DNA of 64,000 nt from Balanoglossus misakiensis (lineage: Eukaryota > Animalia > Hemichordata): positions 2,837,943-2,901,942 of the forward strand of contig CM082595.2 of the NCBI GenBank assembly GCA_040954595.2. The letters are read 5' to 3'. Every line of letters starts with the position of its first letter. Positions within the stretch are counted from its first letter, which is position 1. The position numbers and the translations under genes were made by a program. The notes beneath the pieces were generated by a model. The model was not told the origin of the DNA. It did no database searches and was given only the letters and a program-made list of their open reading frames with translations. Shown here piece after piece: positions 29,581 through 57,460 of the stretch.

Positions 29581-30176
29581 TATCTACAATACATATACAC
29601 TATTATTCACAAAGTAAGACAACAATAATTATAAGGCTCTTATAAATTTAATTAGCAGTTGGTATATTTGTTAATCAACACTGACCCTTGCAGTTTGAAA
29701 CTTACACACTTCACAAGTCTATTTGTACATATGATACAAATATGGTAATTACAGAAATAATTAATTATGCTAAACAATGAAAGTGGGGTCAACTGTTCAA
29801 TTACTTACCCCCAGAACCATTAAATGCCCATCAGAAAATGAGTAACATTATGCACAGGATCTAGGAGCACTTTATATCTGAATACATTATGTCACTAACA
29901 AAATAGGTTGATAATATTGAACCTTCAAGTTTTCAACATAGACTAGGGTTGTTACACCGCACTGTGCATCAACTATATTGCTATCTATGCAACGTTTTTC
30001 TGAAGTCCTGTTTAAAAGCAAATAATGTCTGAGACGATACCAGAAAGGAGGCTAAACACAAACCACACATGATGAAAGTAGACTTGCATAGCTTTGAAAG
30101 TCTAGTGTATGATTCAAAGTCAAGTGGAACTGACTGGCAAATGTTTAAGGTCTGAACACCTCCATCCTCGCTCACT

Positions 30177-30367
30177 TTAAAGGTACATGGTCACCTAATA
30201 TGCAAATTTAACCACTGTTACCATGGAGAATCAAATATAGCCAATCGCACATTTTCAGTGAGTCTCACACATGAATAAAAAGTCACCACATGGTCATTTA
30301 AAGATTTAGACACGCCCTTTTGACCATATTAGGCATATGTAAATTAGAGGTGACCGCATACGTTTAA
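30177..30367. mobile_element. About 190-bp TTAA-flanked MITE (family A), probably in the ACK 3' UTR
   Basis: TIRs TTAAAGGTACATGGTCACCT ... AGGTGACCGCATACGTTTAA; internal sequence shared with 40850-41031 and 18025-18165. Confidence 0.72.
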
Positions 30368-31185
30368 CACAAAGCAGATCTCAGTAGGTACATGTAACTA
30401 TGGATTAAAACATGATAATAAAGTTGGTATGTTTGTGTTGACAAAGGAAAACCTGTCAGAAATCTATACTTTACAGAGCAATATATACACATGTATGTAC
30501 ATAAGAATTCTAGCTGCTTCACTAGAAATTACCCTCCTGCATAGAGAGCACTTCAAAAGATTGACTCAAAATTTACTACGCCCTCTGCAGTTACATCTTT
30601 GACGCAAGTTTACACCATGGGGTGCATGTACTTTATAGTCCAAATTTTCATTAGCTATTTAGTTCTGCTAGGGGGCGCACTTCACATCACAGTTCCTTCT
30701 TGCATGTGGCAGGTTTGTCACACACTTTTGTGTTGCCAGGCAACCAAATCAAGTAACCTTCAGTTAGCAGAACGTAACATTAAAAGCCTTCAGCTGTGCA
30801 TATCCACGTGAACAGAAAATGGTGACTGGATTAATGTAAATCATACATATACATGTACATGTACCAACTCATAAATATAAGTACTCTATCTACCAATAGT
30901 AATAGGTTGACCAAATTTACATATTAGATTCCTAATCTCAGTGCACCTGGCTTACAAAACAAAACCAATCAGGGACTCTGATCCATCCATGGGCACTGAT
31001 TGTCGATTTGATTGTTCTTGGCAAATACTGAATTAGTAATTTCATGAATGCAAACCCGAAACTACAAATACTTTTCCATATACATGTACATAACATGCAT
31101 ACTTTGAAACTGAGTATATTACACTGTTCTGTCATAAAACTGTACATGATGTCTGCGTAGCTTGTCTGTGCTGTGAAAAGAGCTG

Positions 31186-46022
<14,837 letters not shown>

Positions 46023-49000
46023 GGTGGTGGTGGTGCCCACTCCAGAGTGTTTACAGCTGTAAAAAGATACACGCACAGATAAAAAAGAAGCTATCATTAG
46101 GTCACATTCTGCAGTTGAAGGAATAATTTACAGCAGTACGACTTGTCATCGATACCCCAGCACTGCCTATCCGATTTCAAGACATTTTATCAGTCGTTGG
46201 AATTCTCACATAAAGTTTAAAAGTGCCATTACCATAATGCAGGCAGTTATCCCAACATGGATGTTAAATTTTTTTTTCTTCACTAGATCTCTCAGGATTT
46301 CTAAACATCCAATTCAGACTCGGAATCAGTCATATGAAGTGGGATATTCATAAAGAATCATATGAAAATCCAAATAAAATATATTCCCTGTTTTGAATGT
46401 GGAAAATATGATGGAATGAGAGAGGGTGACATATTCAGTAAAATTTTTCCAGCATTATTGTCCTCCATCTCGGCCATACAGAATACTGATGAAGTTGCTT
46501 CTCAAAAGTACATGTATACTATAGTCCTTACAGATTCATAAAGCCGTAAAATACAGGATAGACTCTAGACAACTAAGTTAAAACAAGCTTTAACTGGATA
46601 CTGGCTACTTGACAATTTTACTGACATAATGTCCCGACTCTGCGCACAATAGTAATGATGGTAGAAATGACCATAACCTGTCTATGGGAACAATGAGCGA
46701 TCTGAACTGTTAATGGCAGGGGGTTCTGTGTAGGCAGTCAAATCTATTAAAGGCAGGGAAATTCTGTGGGTAGCTGCAGTGTTCGGGTGAACGCAAACAG
46801 CTCAATAGATAATGGCAACAATAGACGCTCTGTAGATAATGATGCTGTGGGGGTGGTGTTTTCACAACAATGCTGGTTTGCCTACTCTCGACTACTGCGA
46901 TGTTTTTCTTTCTTCTATAAGGTGACCCTGTCATGGTTCTCAGTGCCAGTGCGGTCACTCTCGTTGATGCGGGTCAATGACCCTCACTACTCAATGGCTC
47001 AAGGAATCACACAAAGTCAAATGGTCAACTTCTCAACCTGTACTGTAGATTTTGAGATTCTCCCTGACCCTTGCAACGGAAAAAGTATGAAAAAGTTGAA
47101 TGAACATTTTCGATATAGTTGCCTAACACCTTATATATTGGAGTTGACATACATATAGCTTTTGGTAACATTTATCGAGAATTAAAAACATCGAAAAAAG
47201 GGTCAGAAAATAAGGCGGTCCCAGAAACGCCCGCAAAATGTGTTTGTTTCAGTGTAAATCAAACATCGATGCAAATGACCGATTTCTGCTATCATGGTTT
47301 CAGTTTGTTGAACATTTCTGATGCCTGCCCACTGACATCTACAACGCACTGCATTGCTTTCTGGGTATTGGGGAGTTTATGTATGGAGGTCACCACTGCT
47401 TGGCGTGGTTGCTAGTTGAACGGAGTGGTGTACCTTGGCCTGTTTGGTGCTGTCAGTACCAAACAAGACACGCTTAAATATAATGTCAGAACTGAACATT
47501 CATATTTGGGTAGCTACACTACATAATGAGTGACCCTAGAGGGAGACATCACACTTCACTTAGTCTATCTCAGGACCATGTGTAACATTTGACCAATTTT
47601 GGACTGTTACGTTCAGAGTATCAAAGAGTGTTTTAGTCAATCAAGAAAGACATTCATCTCTATCTAACAATCATTCTCGTCAGCCAATACTTCCACGCCA
47701 CGATGCTATGCGAGTCAGTAACACTGTTGTAACATGCGTGGAAGGTGGGTGTGACAGATTGGCCGACAGTTGATTCTAAACAGTCAAGACAAACGACGCA
47801 AATTTGTTCATGTGTAGGAGGCTGATAGCAGAGTACAGGGTCTCAGACGGAAGGAAGTTTACTGTGTGGTCACACACTAATGTAAACTACCCATTGAGAG
47901 ATTTTGCCCATACGGGAAATTAATACAGCATTTAGGGATTTCCCCTCTGCCTGTTTTAGACAAAGAATCTATTTTACACTCCAAAAGATTTTTTTTAACA
48001 ATGAAAATTACTGTTAGCATGTGGTATGATAATATCCAATCTTTCGTAGCTTGGTGACTTTAATTCATTTGGGGTATCATTAGATTCATGGATAAAAATA
48101 GCTAAATTGTAGGGAAAATAAGAATTCTCAGGTTTAAAAAAATCATTTGCTCTTTTCAACAACAAAAATCTTTGCACGCTATAAAGTGTTGATCTTCCGG
48201 ACCAATTGAGAAGAGTGAGTAGAATTGAGTAGAAAAGGCCACCAAGTTAGTATCAAATACTTTTGTAGTCTGTTTATCTTGGCTTGGACATAACAAGGTT
48301 GCTGTTTCTTGACAACACATTTTCCTGAATACAAATATTGTGAAGTGAAAATCTTATCAACACATCCTGTTTGGGATTTTTTGAAGTCCAGTACCTCAAA
48401 GCCATATCCAAACATCAACTGAAAATCACATAAATTGAATTACTGAACCAAAAAGACGAAATGTCATCCATTGCTCCATCATTTATCGATGTACTGTTAA
48501 CTTTTTGACAAATGTACGTGTACTTCATTGGAGCATATCGAAAGAAATGCTCCCCTGTCATTGGCTACATTTGAATAATGCATCAGCATGTTCTGACAAA
48601 ACAGACAAGAATGCTGCCTTTAGGCTAGGAAAACTTCACCAGGATTCAAACCAACTGAAAACCTAAGTAACCCCTCGGTCTAGAAAGGAAGAACATGTAC
48701 AGTCAAACCTGTTTATAGTGGCCAGTCAAGGAACTTTCCTAAACTGGCCTTTATAGACAAGTCAATTAATGTGTACATGTAAATTGCACATTGGCTATAA
48801 CAAAGTGGCTACGTTTGACTATTTTTAATTTGATACGAGAATATGACTTTCACGATAGTCCGGTCAGGCTGTATCCATGTATGGGCTGTCAGTTTCCCAA
48901 TCATTCATTCAGTTTCAGATGTAATGTTCTGACCTTCGATCCTCCATGACCTCCTGGCCTTTAAGCAGTTAAACACCCTCTTGAGAAATTGACATCTGTC

Positions 49001-49055
49001 AATGTGTGTTTCGAAGTTACTGATCAGGAGAGTTGGGGCAATGGTTATCTAGTTT

Positions 49056-49133
49056 GCACAAACTCAAAATCATGCCAATTTCTTTTAAAGACCAAGTCAC
49101 AAACTCAAAATCATGCCAATTTCTTTTAAAGAC
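49056..49133. repeat. 42-bp period direct repeat, two copies
   Basis: cacaaactcaaaatcatgccaatttcttttaaagac twice. Confidence 0.85.
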
Positions 49134-50802
49134 TAAGTCCCACAAACAGGAAGACAATAATGCACTGTAAAATGAATGATCAGACTTGACAACGCAGCAT
49201 AAATACATTTCTTGCGATATAAAAAAGAAGCCACAGTTTGATACATAACTGATCCAGTCTCGCAATGAAAAAGTTCACTATTAATGGCAAACGTAACAGG
49301 TACGCCCATTGCACTGGTCAGAATATGCACTACCTAACAATGCAGAGATCAATAAGCCAGCCAGTCCTCTCTATTCCAAACAATATAAACACCAGTACAT
49401 GCATTAGACTCTACGCAGTTAATTAACAGGGGCACAGTATTCTGACAATAGTAACTCTCAGACAAATGACCTTGGTTGCATTTTTTCCACTTGCAATCTG
49501 GTCCACAAGCCACAGGTTTTGTTCCGTGTCTGGCTGTGTGAAACAATGCCGGATGTCTGGGATTCAATTCCAAGCATTTACATCTCTACAAGTCTGATTC
49601 AAGAGGCATTCCTCGCTTGGGAAACATGTATAATGTTGTTGAAGAGAAGAGAAAAGACAAGACTTTGGGAGTCTTAGGGAAGTCTTTCCAAATTGATGAC
49701 TCCCTGGGTTAACTTACTTAAAATTTAGAGGATTAGAATTTTGGAGTTGCTATCAATATTTTAACCGTTATGATATTATACAAGTCATGAATTATGCTAA
49801 TATTGATAATGCACACAATTCTCATCAAATATCTGAACAAACAGATTATACACAGTACTGGAGATTCATATTATTCAATGTTTGATTTAATATCACAGTT
49901 GGAAAAGCTCCATACAGTCAACCTCTGGACAATTGATCATTCAACATAACGTAGATGAAATTGTGAATTTATCCTCAGGCTAATGAAGGAAGCCATATTT
50001 AGTAATTCTGAAGTCTCTCGAATTTAATTAACAACATACAAATGATTGATGTCGTTTCATATCAATACTGGTGACTTTGACAGCTTGGAAAACACACGCT
50101 ACTAACTTTCATTTGATCTACGGCACTAAGCTTTTTATGACTGTAGGGGAAATCCAGTTTGAAATGATACATTTTCGACACAAAGACTTCACTGATTCTC
50201 TTGTCCTCAACAATAGCAGCACTTTCCTCTGTGCCCTGTTAATTTACTTAATGGTCGGTAATTCTGAATCTTTTAGGGCATGGGAAATGACAACCGGAAA
50301 TTATTATCACAATCAATAACACTTCCATCAGTCTTTTTCTCTGATTATTATTTTTTTCATTTCAAAGAGACAACATGCAAATGTTGAGAACAAAATTTAA
50401 TCCTATTTCTCATCACTCTTTTCTGATATGTCTAGACAACAGTTTTACAGAGTTACTCCACACCCTCCAGTATGGGAGTCAGTGTCTGACTGGCATTCTG
50501 GTGTAAAATGCTGCGTTGGCAAAAAAAAATTATTCACAGACTTGAGTTTCATTCAAACACAAGCACAGTGACCCCTATATTTTATTACAGATTTTTATCC
50601 ACAATTTAAAGAAATGACAATACTTTTATTTTTACAGATCATACATTCTTAATAGCCAAACTGAGGGTAAACAAGTAGATGATGATCAACAGAAAAATGA
50701 TTATAATTGACAAAGTAGCAGCAAAGATCTTCAATACAATGTAAACTAATACAAGAGCCTGGAAAGTGTGTTGGTTGCAGATTACTGTAGGAGTGAGATG
50801 GA

Positions 50803-50851
50803 CAAACAAACAAACAAACAAAAACAAACAAACAAACACACACACACACAC
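50803..50851. repeat. (CAAA)n(CA)n microsatellite
   Basis: Direct reading. Confidence 0.85.
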
Positions 50852-51315
50852 TTCACCATAAAAACAATTGATTCGGACCAAACCATTCTGGTAAAAGGGT
50901 CAAAGGATCAACTCAGTCCCAAAGAAATCCAACTGGTTATAAATATGAACAGAAAATCTTGGGTAATTATCATTTTGGTCAGCAATTACTAGTATGTTTC
51001 ATACAAGGGAGAAAAATACTGAAAAAATAGCCAGAAGTAAGAGTTACTGGGGATGTAACTTTAGACTTCACCAGGACCACAACTCTCAGTCATATTTTAC
51101 ATATAACAGCCCATTTACAGAAGACCATTTTGCCACCCATCTTTGCATTCATTCATTAATTATCACCTCACCCTACTACTCCCCCCTTTCTTTTGGTTCG
51201 TCTCTACACCTGCACTTGGAAATTTTTCACGCTGAATTTTATGAATTGGTTTTCTGCTTCAACCGTTCATTTCAGCCTTGCATTTCATGGAGGAGACTGC
51301 AGTCTTTGAAAGCTC

Positions 51316-51580
51316 ATGCTACAGTAACTTTCAGTGGATTTCAGGGTGCTGGAAAACTCCTAGTCTACTGAGCTGTATTTTTCTGTGTGCCTGTCAGCCT
51401 GCTCCTGGATTGGGTCATGGTCAACAGGCAAAGCTGCTGCACTGAAGACTTGAAAACCAACTTGTATGCTACAGTAAAATTCAGTGGATCTCATGGTGCT
51501 GTCAAACCCCTAGTTTATTTATATCACAGAACTACTGCGCCTGTGTTGTGTGTGCCTGCAGTCTGACTGCTCATGGATGT
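51316..51580. repeat. Diverged tandem duplication (about 150-bp period)
   Basis: atgctacagtaa..ttcagtggat.tca.ggtgctg..aaac.cctagt...tgtgtgcctg..ctgctc.tggat twice. Confidence 0.6.
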
Positions 51581-52954
51581 ACCACAGTCTGCTTGACCAT
51601 GGTATTACACCTCACACCAAACTTCAAGAACCATATACATTTAGAGAACTGCTTGGAATATTTCTATATGCTTACTGAACCAGCCAAGTGGTAATATCTC
51701 CAGGGATGGTACAGTACAGTGGACCATTCAATCACATGGATACATATGCCCTCTGCACCAGCCAGAGAAATTGACAATCTACTCCAAGAAATTTGACAAC
51801 TGGTTACAGTATTGAGACTTTGGTGTGCCTTATAAAACCACTGTTGACATTATTGGAAAAGGTAGGTAATACAGATATTATCTGTAATATTGCAATTGTC
51901 ATTCGACACACAACCACTGACCTTTGACATGTTTTATTTGGCCATTAAATGCTCACAAATCTGTGATTTATACAGCTATCTTATTATTGCCTATGACAGA
52001 TACAGTGATAGAGAGTTAATTTTTATGCAAACAGAGTGGCCATAATTGTCAGACTGTAAAGATAACATGTGATAAGACTGAACCTCACTGAATGGAAATC
52101 ATTCAGTGTAGTTAGCCACAGTTTCAAAACCCTATGGCCCACATCCAAGCCACAATATTTGGTTAGACTTTTCTTATCATTTCAGACTGCAGGAATGTTT
52201 CATTAAAATATTATTTTGATAACAGAAATACACTGCCAACTATTGCATAGAGTGAGGGGGTAGACATTTGATGGCATTAAATCATGTTGACAAAAGCATA
52301 AAAGTTGTTACTAAAGAGATCACAATTACCTGTCTATGTCACAGAGCCCATTTAAACAGAATGAATAAATTTTACTGTACAACTTGTGATGTTATTTATC
52401 TGCATACTTGACAAAAAAACCCACTGATGGATGAACAATTGACTTTAGACATGTACAAACAGGAAAGCAATTCAGGTTCAGTCCCAGACTTTTGTTCTCT
52501 TTCATTTTATTAATTTATTCATGATAATTTTCCTTACATCATACTGAACAAGTACACATAAAAACCTGGTTGTCTCACATAGATGCTGCCTGTGCCACAC
52601 CTGATTCATCAAGTAACCACCCTTTTTTATTTTACAAAAGACTGCCGGGTTCGCCCTTAGCAAGGATTGCCAAGAAATAGTTTGGAGATGACCATGCCGA
52701 TGTTTGACAAATTACGACACTCCTTTCTATAAGGGACGGGTACATAAATTAGATTAGTTAGTGAACTGTGATCGGGTTGAATTGCAGTGAGTGAAACCGA
52801 CGTGCCACGATTCAAATTTATACTCTCACCCACAAGCAATATGCAGAGAACACAAAAAAGTAACACTTAGCATTCCTACGACAATTCAAATCCAAACTAA
52901 CATGTTGTGAATTCTTCAACAAATCAGGCCTGAAGCTTTTTACATTATACTGCA

Positions 52955-53177
52955 TTAACCCTTTCAATACCATACATATTTGTCCAAATCTTTCAAAAAA
53001 TAAACCTGTGTAACTTTCCCCCATTTTGGGGGGGTTAAATTTTGTTAAGCATTAAAGACAATGGGAAATTCTGCCCATTTGGTCTAAAATTAAAGGGAAA
53101 ATTTGAGAAAAACGGGTAAATATATTAAAATTTTGCACCACATTTTGACAGAAAAAATGTGACATCCAAAGGGTTAA
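52955..53177. mobile_element. piggyBac-like MITE (TTAA-CCC...GGG-TTAA)
   Basis: TTAACCCTTT at the left end and AAAGGGTTAA at the right end. Confidence 0.55.
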
Positions 53178-53836
53178 ATGACCCAGGTGCACAGCACACG
53201 TCTCCTCCAAAACTGGGAAGAGTGATATGGCTGGCGGTGTGGCATTTCTCCTTCACAGTTAGACATACGTGAATGGAATTCCACGACGTGGATGATACCA
53301 CTCTCAATTACAAATTCCACCAGAATCTCGCTGGAAATGGAGATGGAACCAAAGTCTCTGTTTCGTTTCACATCGTGCAATCAACATTCTTTTTTCCCCA
53401 GTCTGACGCACAACTTAGCACGTCTGAAGAAACGTGCCAGACGCGTTAAAAATCGATAAAACAGTACATATCAACAATTATAAAGCGTGACTGTTACGAC
53501 TGATCTCAGATATTACAATTTTGATTGTGGGTGAACACGGCTAATATGACGTGAACTTTTTTTTAAAGAATTGTATATTAGGTTTGTGTTATTCGCAAAA
53601 AAGTTCAGACCATAAGCCATACGCACCCCCTCTGAATAAATTAAAAATAAAACTTTGAAATATCCTGTTTCCATCGGAAAGTTCTCTGGTCTTGCGTTTT
53701 GTACTGTGGGAGATTCGTGTCCGGGAACTGGAAGGTACTAAAGGCGCCAACCAGCAGAATTAATTGCAAATGGAAAGCGCAAGCAGAGCTCCGAGTGGAA
53801 TATAAGGAACAAATTGAAAATCACTCAGGAACTTAC

Positions 53837-54070
53837 CAAATGGACGGACCCTGTTGCCTGGTAGTTGGTACCAGTCGTCCTCAGTAAACCCGATACCAGT
53901 CGCTCCAAGTAGAACGAAAAAACGGCAGTGGAAAGTTTAAAGATAGAGATGTCGGTACCGCGTCATCAGCGAGAGTGTTTTTGAAAACAGTAATGAATGG
54001 ATATGGGTCAAACGAAAATGGAAATACAGACGGACATACAAACGGACGACGACAGGACCCAAAGAATCGC
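53837..54070 (-). other. Putative non-coding first exon (5' UTR) of ACK
   Basis: The ACK ATG exon has an acceptor (ctttttacag) at 46057, which implies an upstream exon. A strong minus-strand donor TG/GTAAGT lies at 53836 in a CpG-richer segment. The 5' boundary is approximate. Confidence 0.45.
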
Positions 54071-54366
54071 TTCCGGTTATATATAGCATAACGCATCTTT
54101 AAATTAACCATACTCGATTCGCCATGAAATCTGTAACACTCTCAATATTTTTCATATATTTTGAACTTTTCTTTCAGTAAAATATATTTTATTTCTTAAT
54201 TTTATTTTTAAAACATTGATTTTATAATTTAAGAATGAGCTTGTGCTTTTTACGAACCTACTGGCTACTAAAGTTAGCTGACCTCTGACTTGGCTGGGTC
54301 GATCGGAAATCTGGCGTACATGTAATGACGTACCGGTGTTGAATAACATTACTGTTGATTCATGAG
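54070..54366. promoter_or_regulatory. Putative bidirectional promoter between ACK (-) and the F-box gene (+)
   Basis: ETS-like CTTCCGG at about 54070 and CGGAAAT at about 54304, CRE half-site TGACGT at about 54326, a + donor GAG/GTAAT at 54367 and an acceptor at 54843 ahead of the F-box CDS. Motif-level evidence only. Confidence 0.35.
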
Positions 54367-54943
54367 GTAATCAAATTAAGGTGTGTTTAAACATGTTTAT
54401 ATAGTGTCATTTCATGCAAATAGTAAACACAGAAATCCGTAAAATATCTTACTCCGCCGGGGCAAACATGACGTGTCATACTGTATTATGATCACCTCAG
54501 CAGACCGTTGACCCTGGCTGGAGTTAATATTGTGAACTTGAAGTTTCTACACCCTGTATCTTTAGTATAATTCAAAATGCCTATGGATGTATAGTGGTAC
54601 ATCCATGAAACAATGCTATACATACAAGAGAACAAATTGGCAATCTGATACGATAGATCTCACAGAGTGTCCTGTAGGCCTTGAAATGTACACATCACAA
54701 CAGGGTCGATACACAAGTGCCTACCCTGTCACTTAAATGGGCCAGTACTAGTAGTAACCCAGGGACAGTGGTCACTGTTGAACTGAAGAATATTAAACTC
54801 AAATGACATTGCAGAATCTGACATTATTTTCATTTATTTGCAGGGTGTTTATCACCGAAATGAACCACACTGGAAACAACTGAGTTATATATAGATGAAG
54901 GTTTGACATTATTGTGGTCAAGGTCACCAGCACCCAGTCAAAG

Positions 54944-56923
54944 ATGACCCACGGAGGTGCCAGTGTAACTGGCATTGAAGATTTAGCAGATTCCATTCTC
55001 CTCGATATCTTCAAATACTTGGAACATCAGGATCTGTGCCTGGGTGTGAGGGATACCTCCAAACGATGGCGGCAACTCAGCTACGACTTTTCACTGTGGA
55101 GAGACATCAATTTCGCCAACCGGGATCTGACGGACGAGGAGTTCATGTCTGTCTTGAACAATTGTAGCCATGTTGTTAGCATGAACGTGGAGAACTGCTA
55201 TGAGCTGAGCAACTTGAGTTTCGTCTCACTGGGCCGGAGTTGCCCCGACCTGGAAAAACTGGTAATTGCAGGCACTATGATATCGGATGCAGCCTTGCTC
55301 TTCATCGCTAAGATGTGTCCCAAGATACAGGAACTTGTCATGTACAATTGCAGGTACCTCAGTCCGAATTCACAAAGTGCTCTCCTAAGGTTATCATCAT
55401 TGAGAAGCGTCGGAATTTCTCAGAACTTGAACCGCATCGTCGACGATGAATGTGAAGAGGGACAAGCAGCACTGTCTTGTTTAGAGGAACTGACACTTCA
55501 GAACACAAGATATTTTGATCTGTCAAATGACTGGATGCATCTGCTTGTACACAGGCTTAAGAAACTCCACAAACTCTCATGTTGTGGGTTTATGATCCTG
55601 GATGATGACACCCTAGTAGCGTTTGCAGAGAACTGTCCATATCTGGACACGGTCATCCTGAACTTGACCCTCATAGGTGATGAAACGCTGAAAGCAATCG
55701 GGACCAAATGTAGACACCTACGACATCTGAGTATATCTTGCTGTCGGTACATAACTGATGTCGGATTGTGCTGTGTGGCTGATAACTGTCACAGACTGAA
55801 ATACCTAGACATCAGTGGTTCGCAACCTGATGAGGACGAACACCAAACCAGCTCGCACATGCAAGGCAACGCCACTGATGTGGCTGTCCAGCACTTTGCA
55901 TCACACTGTCCACAGCTCACTCACCTGAATGTAAGCTCTTGCCCCGGGGTGACTGACCTGGGGCTTGTCGCCATAGCCGAAGGCTGCCCCCAACTGCAGC
56001 ATCTGGAAATGACTAACTGCATCGCTGTGACGGACAGCACTGTTCGCGCCGTCGCCCAGAACTGCCGGCGATTCTGTTACTTGCAAGCCTCCGAGTGCGT
56101 ACAGCTTACCTCACATAGTATTAATCGCTTAGTTAGGCTCTGTCCAGGGCTACATAATTTACAGCTCGAGACCTGCCCTCACATTGCTCAACTGAACTTT
56201 GACCCCGAACCCCAGGAATCCATCTCAGGGACTTCAACCATGCAAGATGCCAGTGACCATAGTGTTCCCGAAGGCCGTTTGGAAGACAATGTCATCGACC
56301 CAGACATTAGTGATTATGATGAGCCAGCTGAGCAAAGCCAAAGTCACTGCATAAGTCGTGATATAACCACAGTTAGCAATTTCACATCCATTTCATTCAG
56401 AGCTCTGAAACATCTGAATTTGTCATGCTGCTCAAAGATTGCAAACAGTGACCTCAGACAGATTGCCTCGCACTGTCCATATCTGCAATTCATATCACTG
56501 TACGGCTGTCATAGGATCAACGATAAAGGTTTAGAATATCTTGTCAAGGCTTGTAGATATTTACAGTACTTGAACATTGAGTGCTTGCGTACCTACCGGT
56601 CAAAATTCACAGATTTGACACTTATGGATATCGCTGAACATTGCCAGAACTTGCAGTGCCTGAACATCCGTGGTGGTTTGCAGTTTTCTAAGGAGTACAT
56701 CAAGACTGTGGTCAACGCGTGTCCCAAGTTAAAAGAACTGCGGTGCACCATGGAGGTCAAAGGTGATGTCTACCAGTACATGTTTCTGCCGAGACAGCCG
56801 TACAAATCGGAACTGGAAGGCCAACTGACATGGTCGCAGAAGTACCACCCTCGTTACGGCAATCCCGTCAAACAGTGTCATTTGAATTTCAAGTTTCACC
56901 CGATGACAGCCAGCGGAAGGTGA
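54944..56923 (+). CDS. F-box/leucine-rich repeat protein (FBXL-type SCF substrate receptor), intronless CDS, 659 aa
   Basis: F-box IEDLADSILLDIFKYL..L..V...SKRWRQL is followed by many Cys-containing LRRs (e.g. CRHLRHLSISCCRYITDVGL, CPQLTHLNVSSCPGVTDLGL). First in-frame ATG is 54944; AATAAA at 57088. Confidence 0.9.
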   Translation: MTHGGASVTGIEDLADSILLDIFKYLEHQDLCLGVRDTSKRWRQLSYDFSLWRDINFANRDLTDEEFMSVLNNCSHVVSMNVENCYELSNLSFVSLGRSCPDLEKLVIAGTMISDAALLFIAKMCPKIQELVMYNCRYLSPNSQSALLRLSSLRSVGISQNLNRIVDDECEEGQAALSCLEELTLQNTRYFDLSNDWMHLLVHRLKKLHKLSCCGFMILDDDTLVAFAENCPYLDTVILNLTLIGDETLKAIGTKCRHLRHLSISCCRYITDVGLCCVADNCHRLKYLDISGSQPDEDEHQTSSHMQGNATDVAVQHFASHCPQLTHLNVSSCPGVTDLGLVAIAEGCPQLQHLEMTNCIAVTDSTVRAVAQNCRRFCYLQASECVQLTSHSINRLVRLCPGLHNLQLETCPHIAQLNFDPEPQESISGTSTMQDASDHSVPEGRLEDNVIDPDISDYDEPAEQSQSHCISRDITTVSNFTSISFRALKHLNLSCCSKIANSDLRQIASHCPYLQFISLYGCHRINDKGLEYLVKACRYLQYLNIECLRTYRSKFTDLTLMDIAEHCQNLQCLNIRGGLQFSKEYIKTVVNACPKLKELRCTMEVKGDVYQYMFLPRQPYKSELEGQLTWSQKYHPRYGNPVKQCHLNFKFHPMTASGR

Positions 56924-57087
56924 AAACACTGGGACGGCTTTCTGAAGGACCCTGAGCTAATCTTGTTTCTTGGCCAGTGCAAGTGAACTTTTGATTGGCT
57001 CATGGAATTTCATTGATGAAAAAAAAATATTGTAAATTTGTAGTGAGAACAATTATTTGTATATTGTGATATGCGGTATTTATTTGT

Positions 57088-57093
57088 AATAAA
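57088..57093 (+). terminator. Candidate polyadenylation signal for the F-box gene
   Basis: AATAAA 165 bp after the stop. Confidence 0.45.
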
Positions 57094-57454
57094 ATAATGG
57101 TTTCATCTCATATATATATATGAAGTTATGATTCTTGGAATGATTGTTCATGGCAGAAAGAAAGTCACGTCGAGTTTGGCCGTATGTGGCGCTTTTTGCT
57201 TCAGAAAACCAACCACTGGAGGGCAGCAAACCGAACAAAACAAAGATATATTTTCATTTATACAAATGAAATTCTGGTATCTTTTAATCACATGATAATG
57301 TCAAATACTCAATACCAAGGCTTTCCTGATGATATTATCAAATTACAATTTACTGAAATTTTACGAAAAAGATCAATTTGAATCCATCTACATGACAAAA
57401 AACGGCAGAAATAAAGTCACAAGCGCTGTACAAGATAAAGCATTTCCAATTGTG

Positions 57455-57460
57455 TTTATT
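57455..57460 (-). terminator. Candidate polyadenylation signal for CAPZB
   Basis: TTTATT on plus (AATAAA on minus) about 950 bp after the stop. Confidence 0.35.

Noticed and set aside
54914-54943. ORF-track start of the F-box gene at a GTG
   Set aside because: Eukaryotic gene; the first in-frame ATG is 54944.
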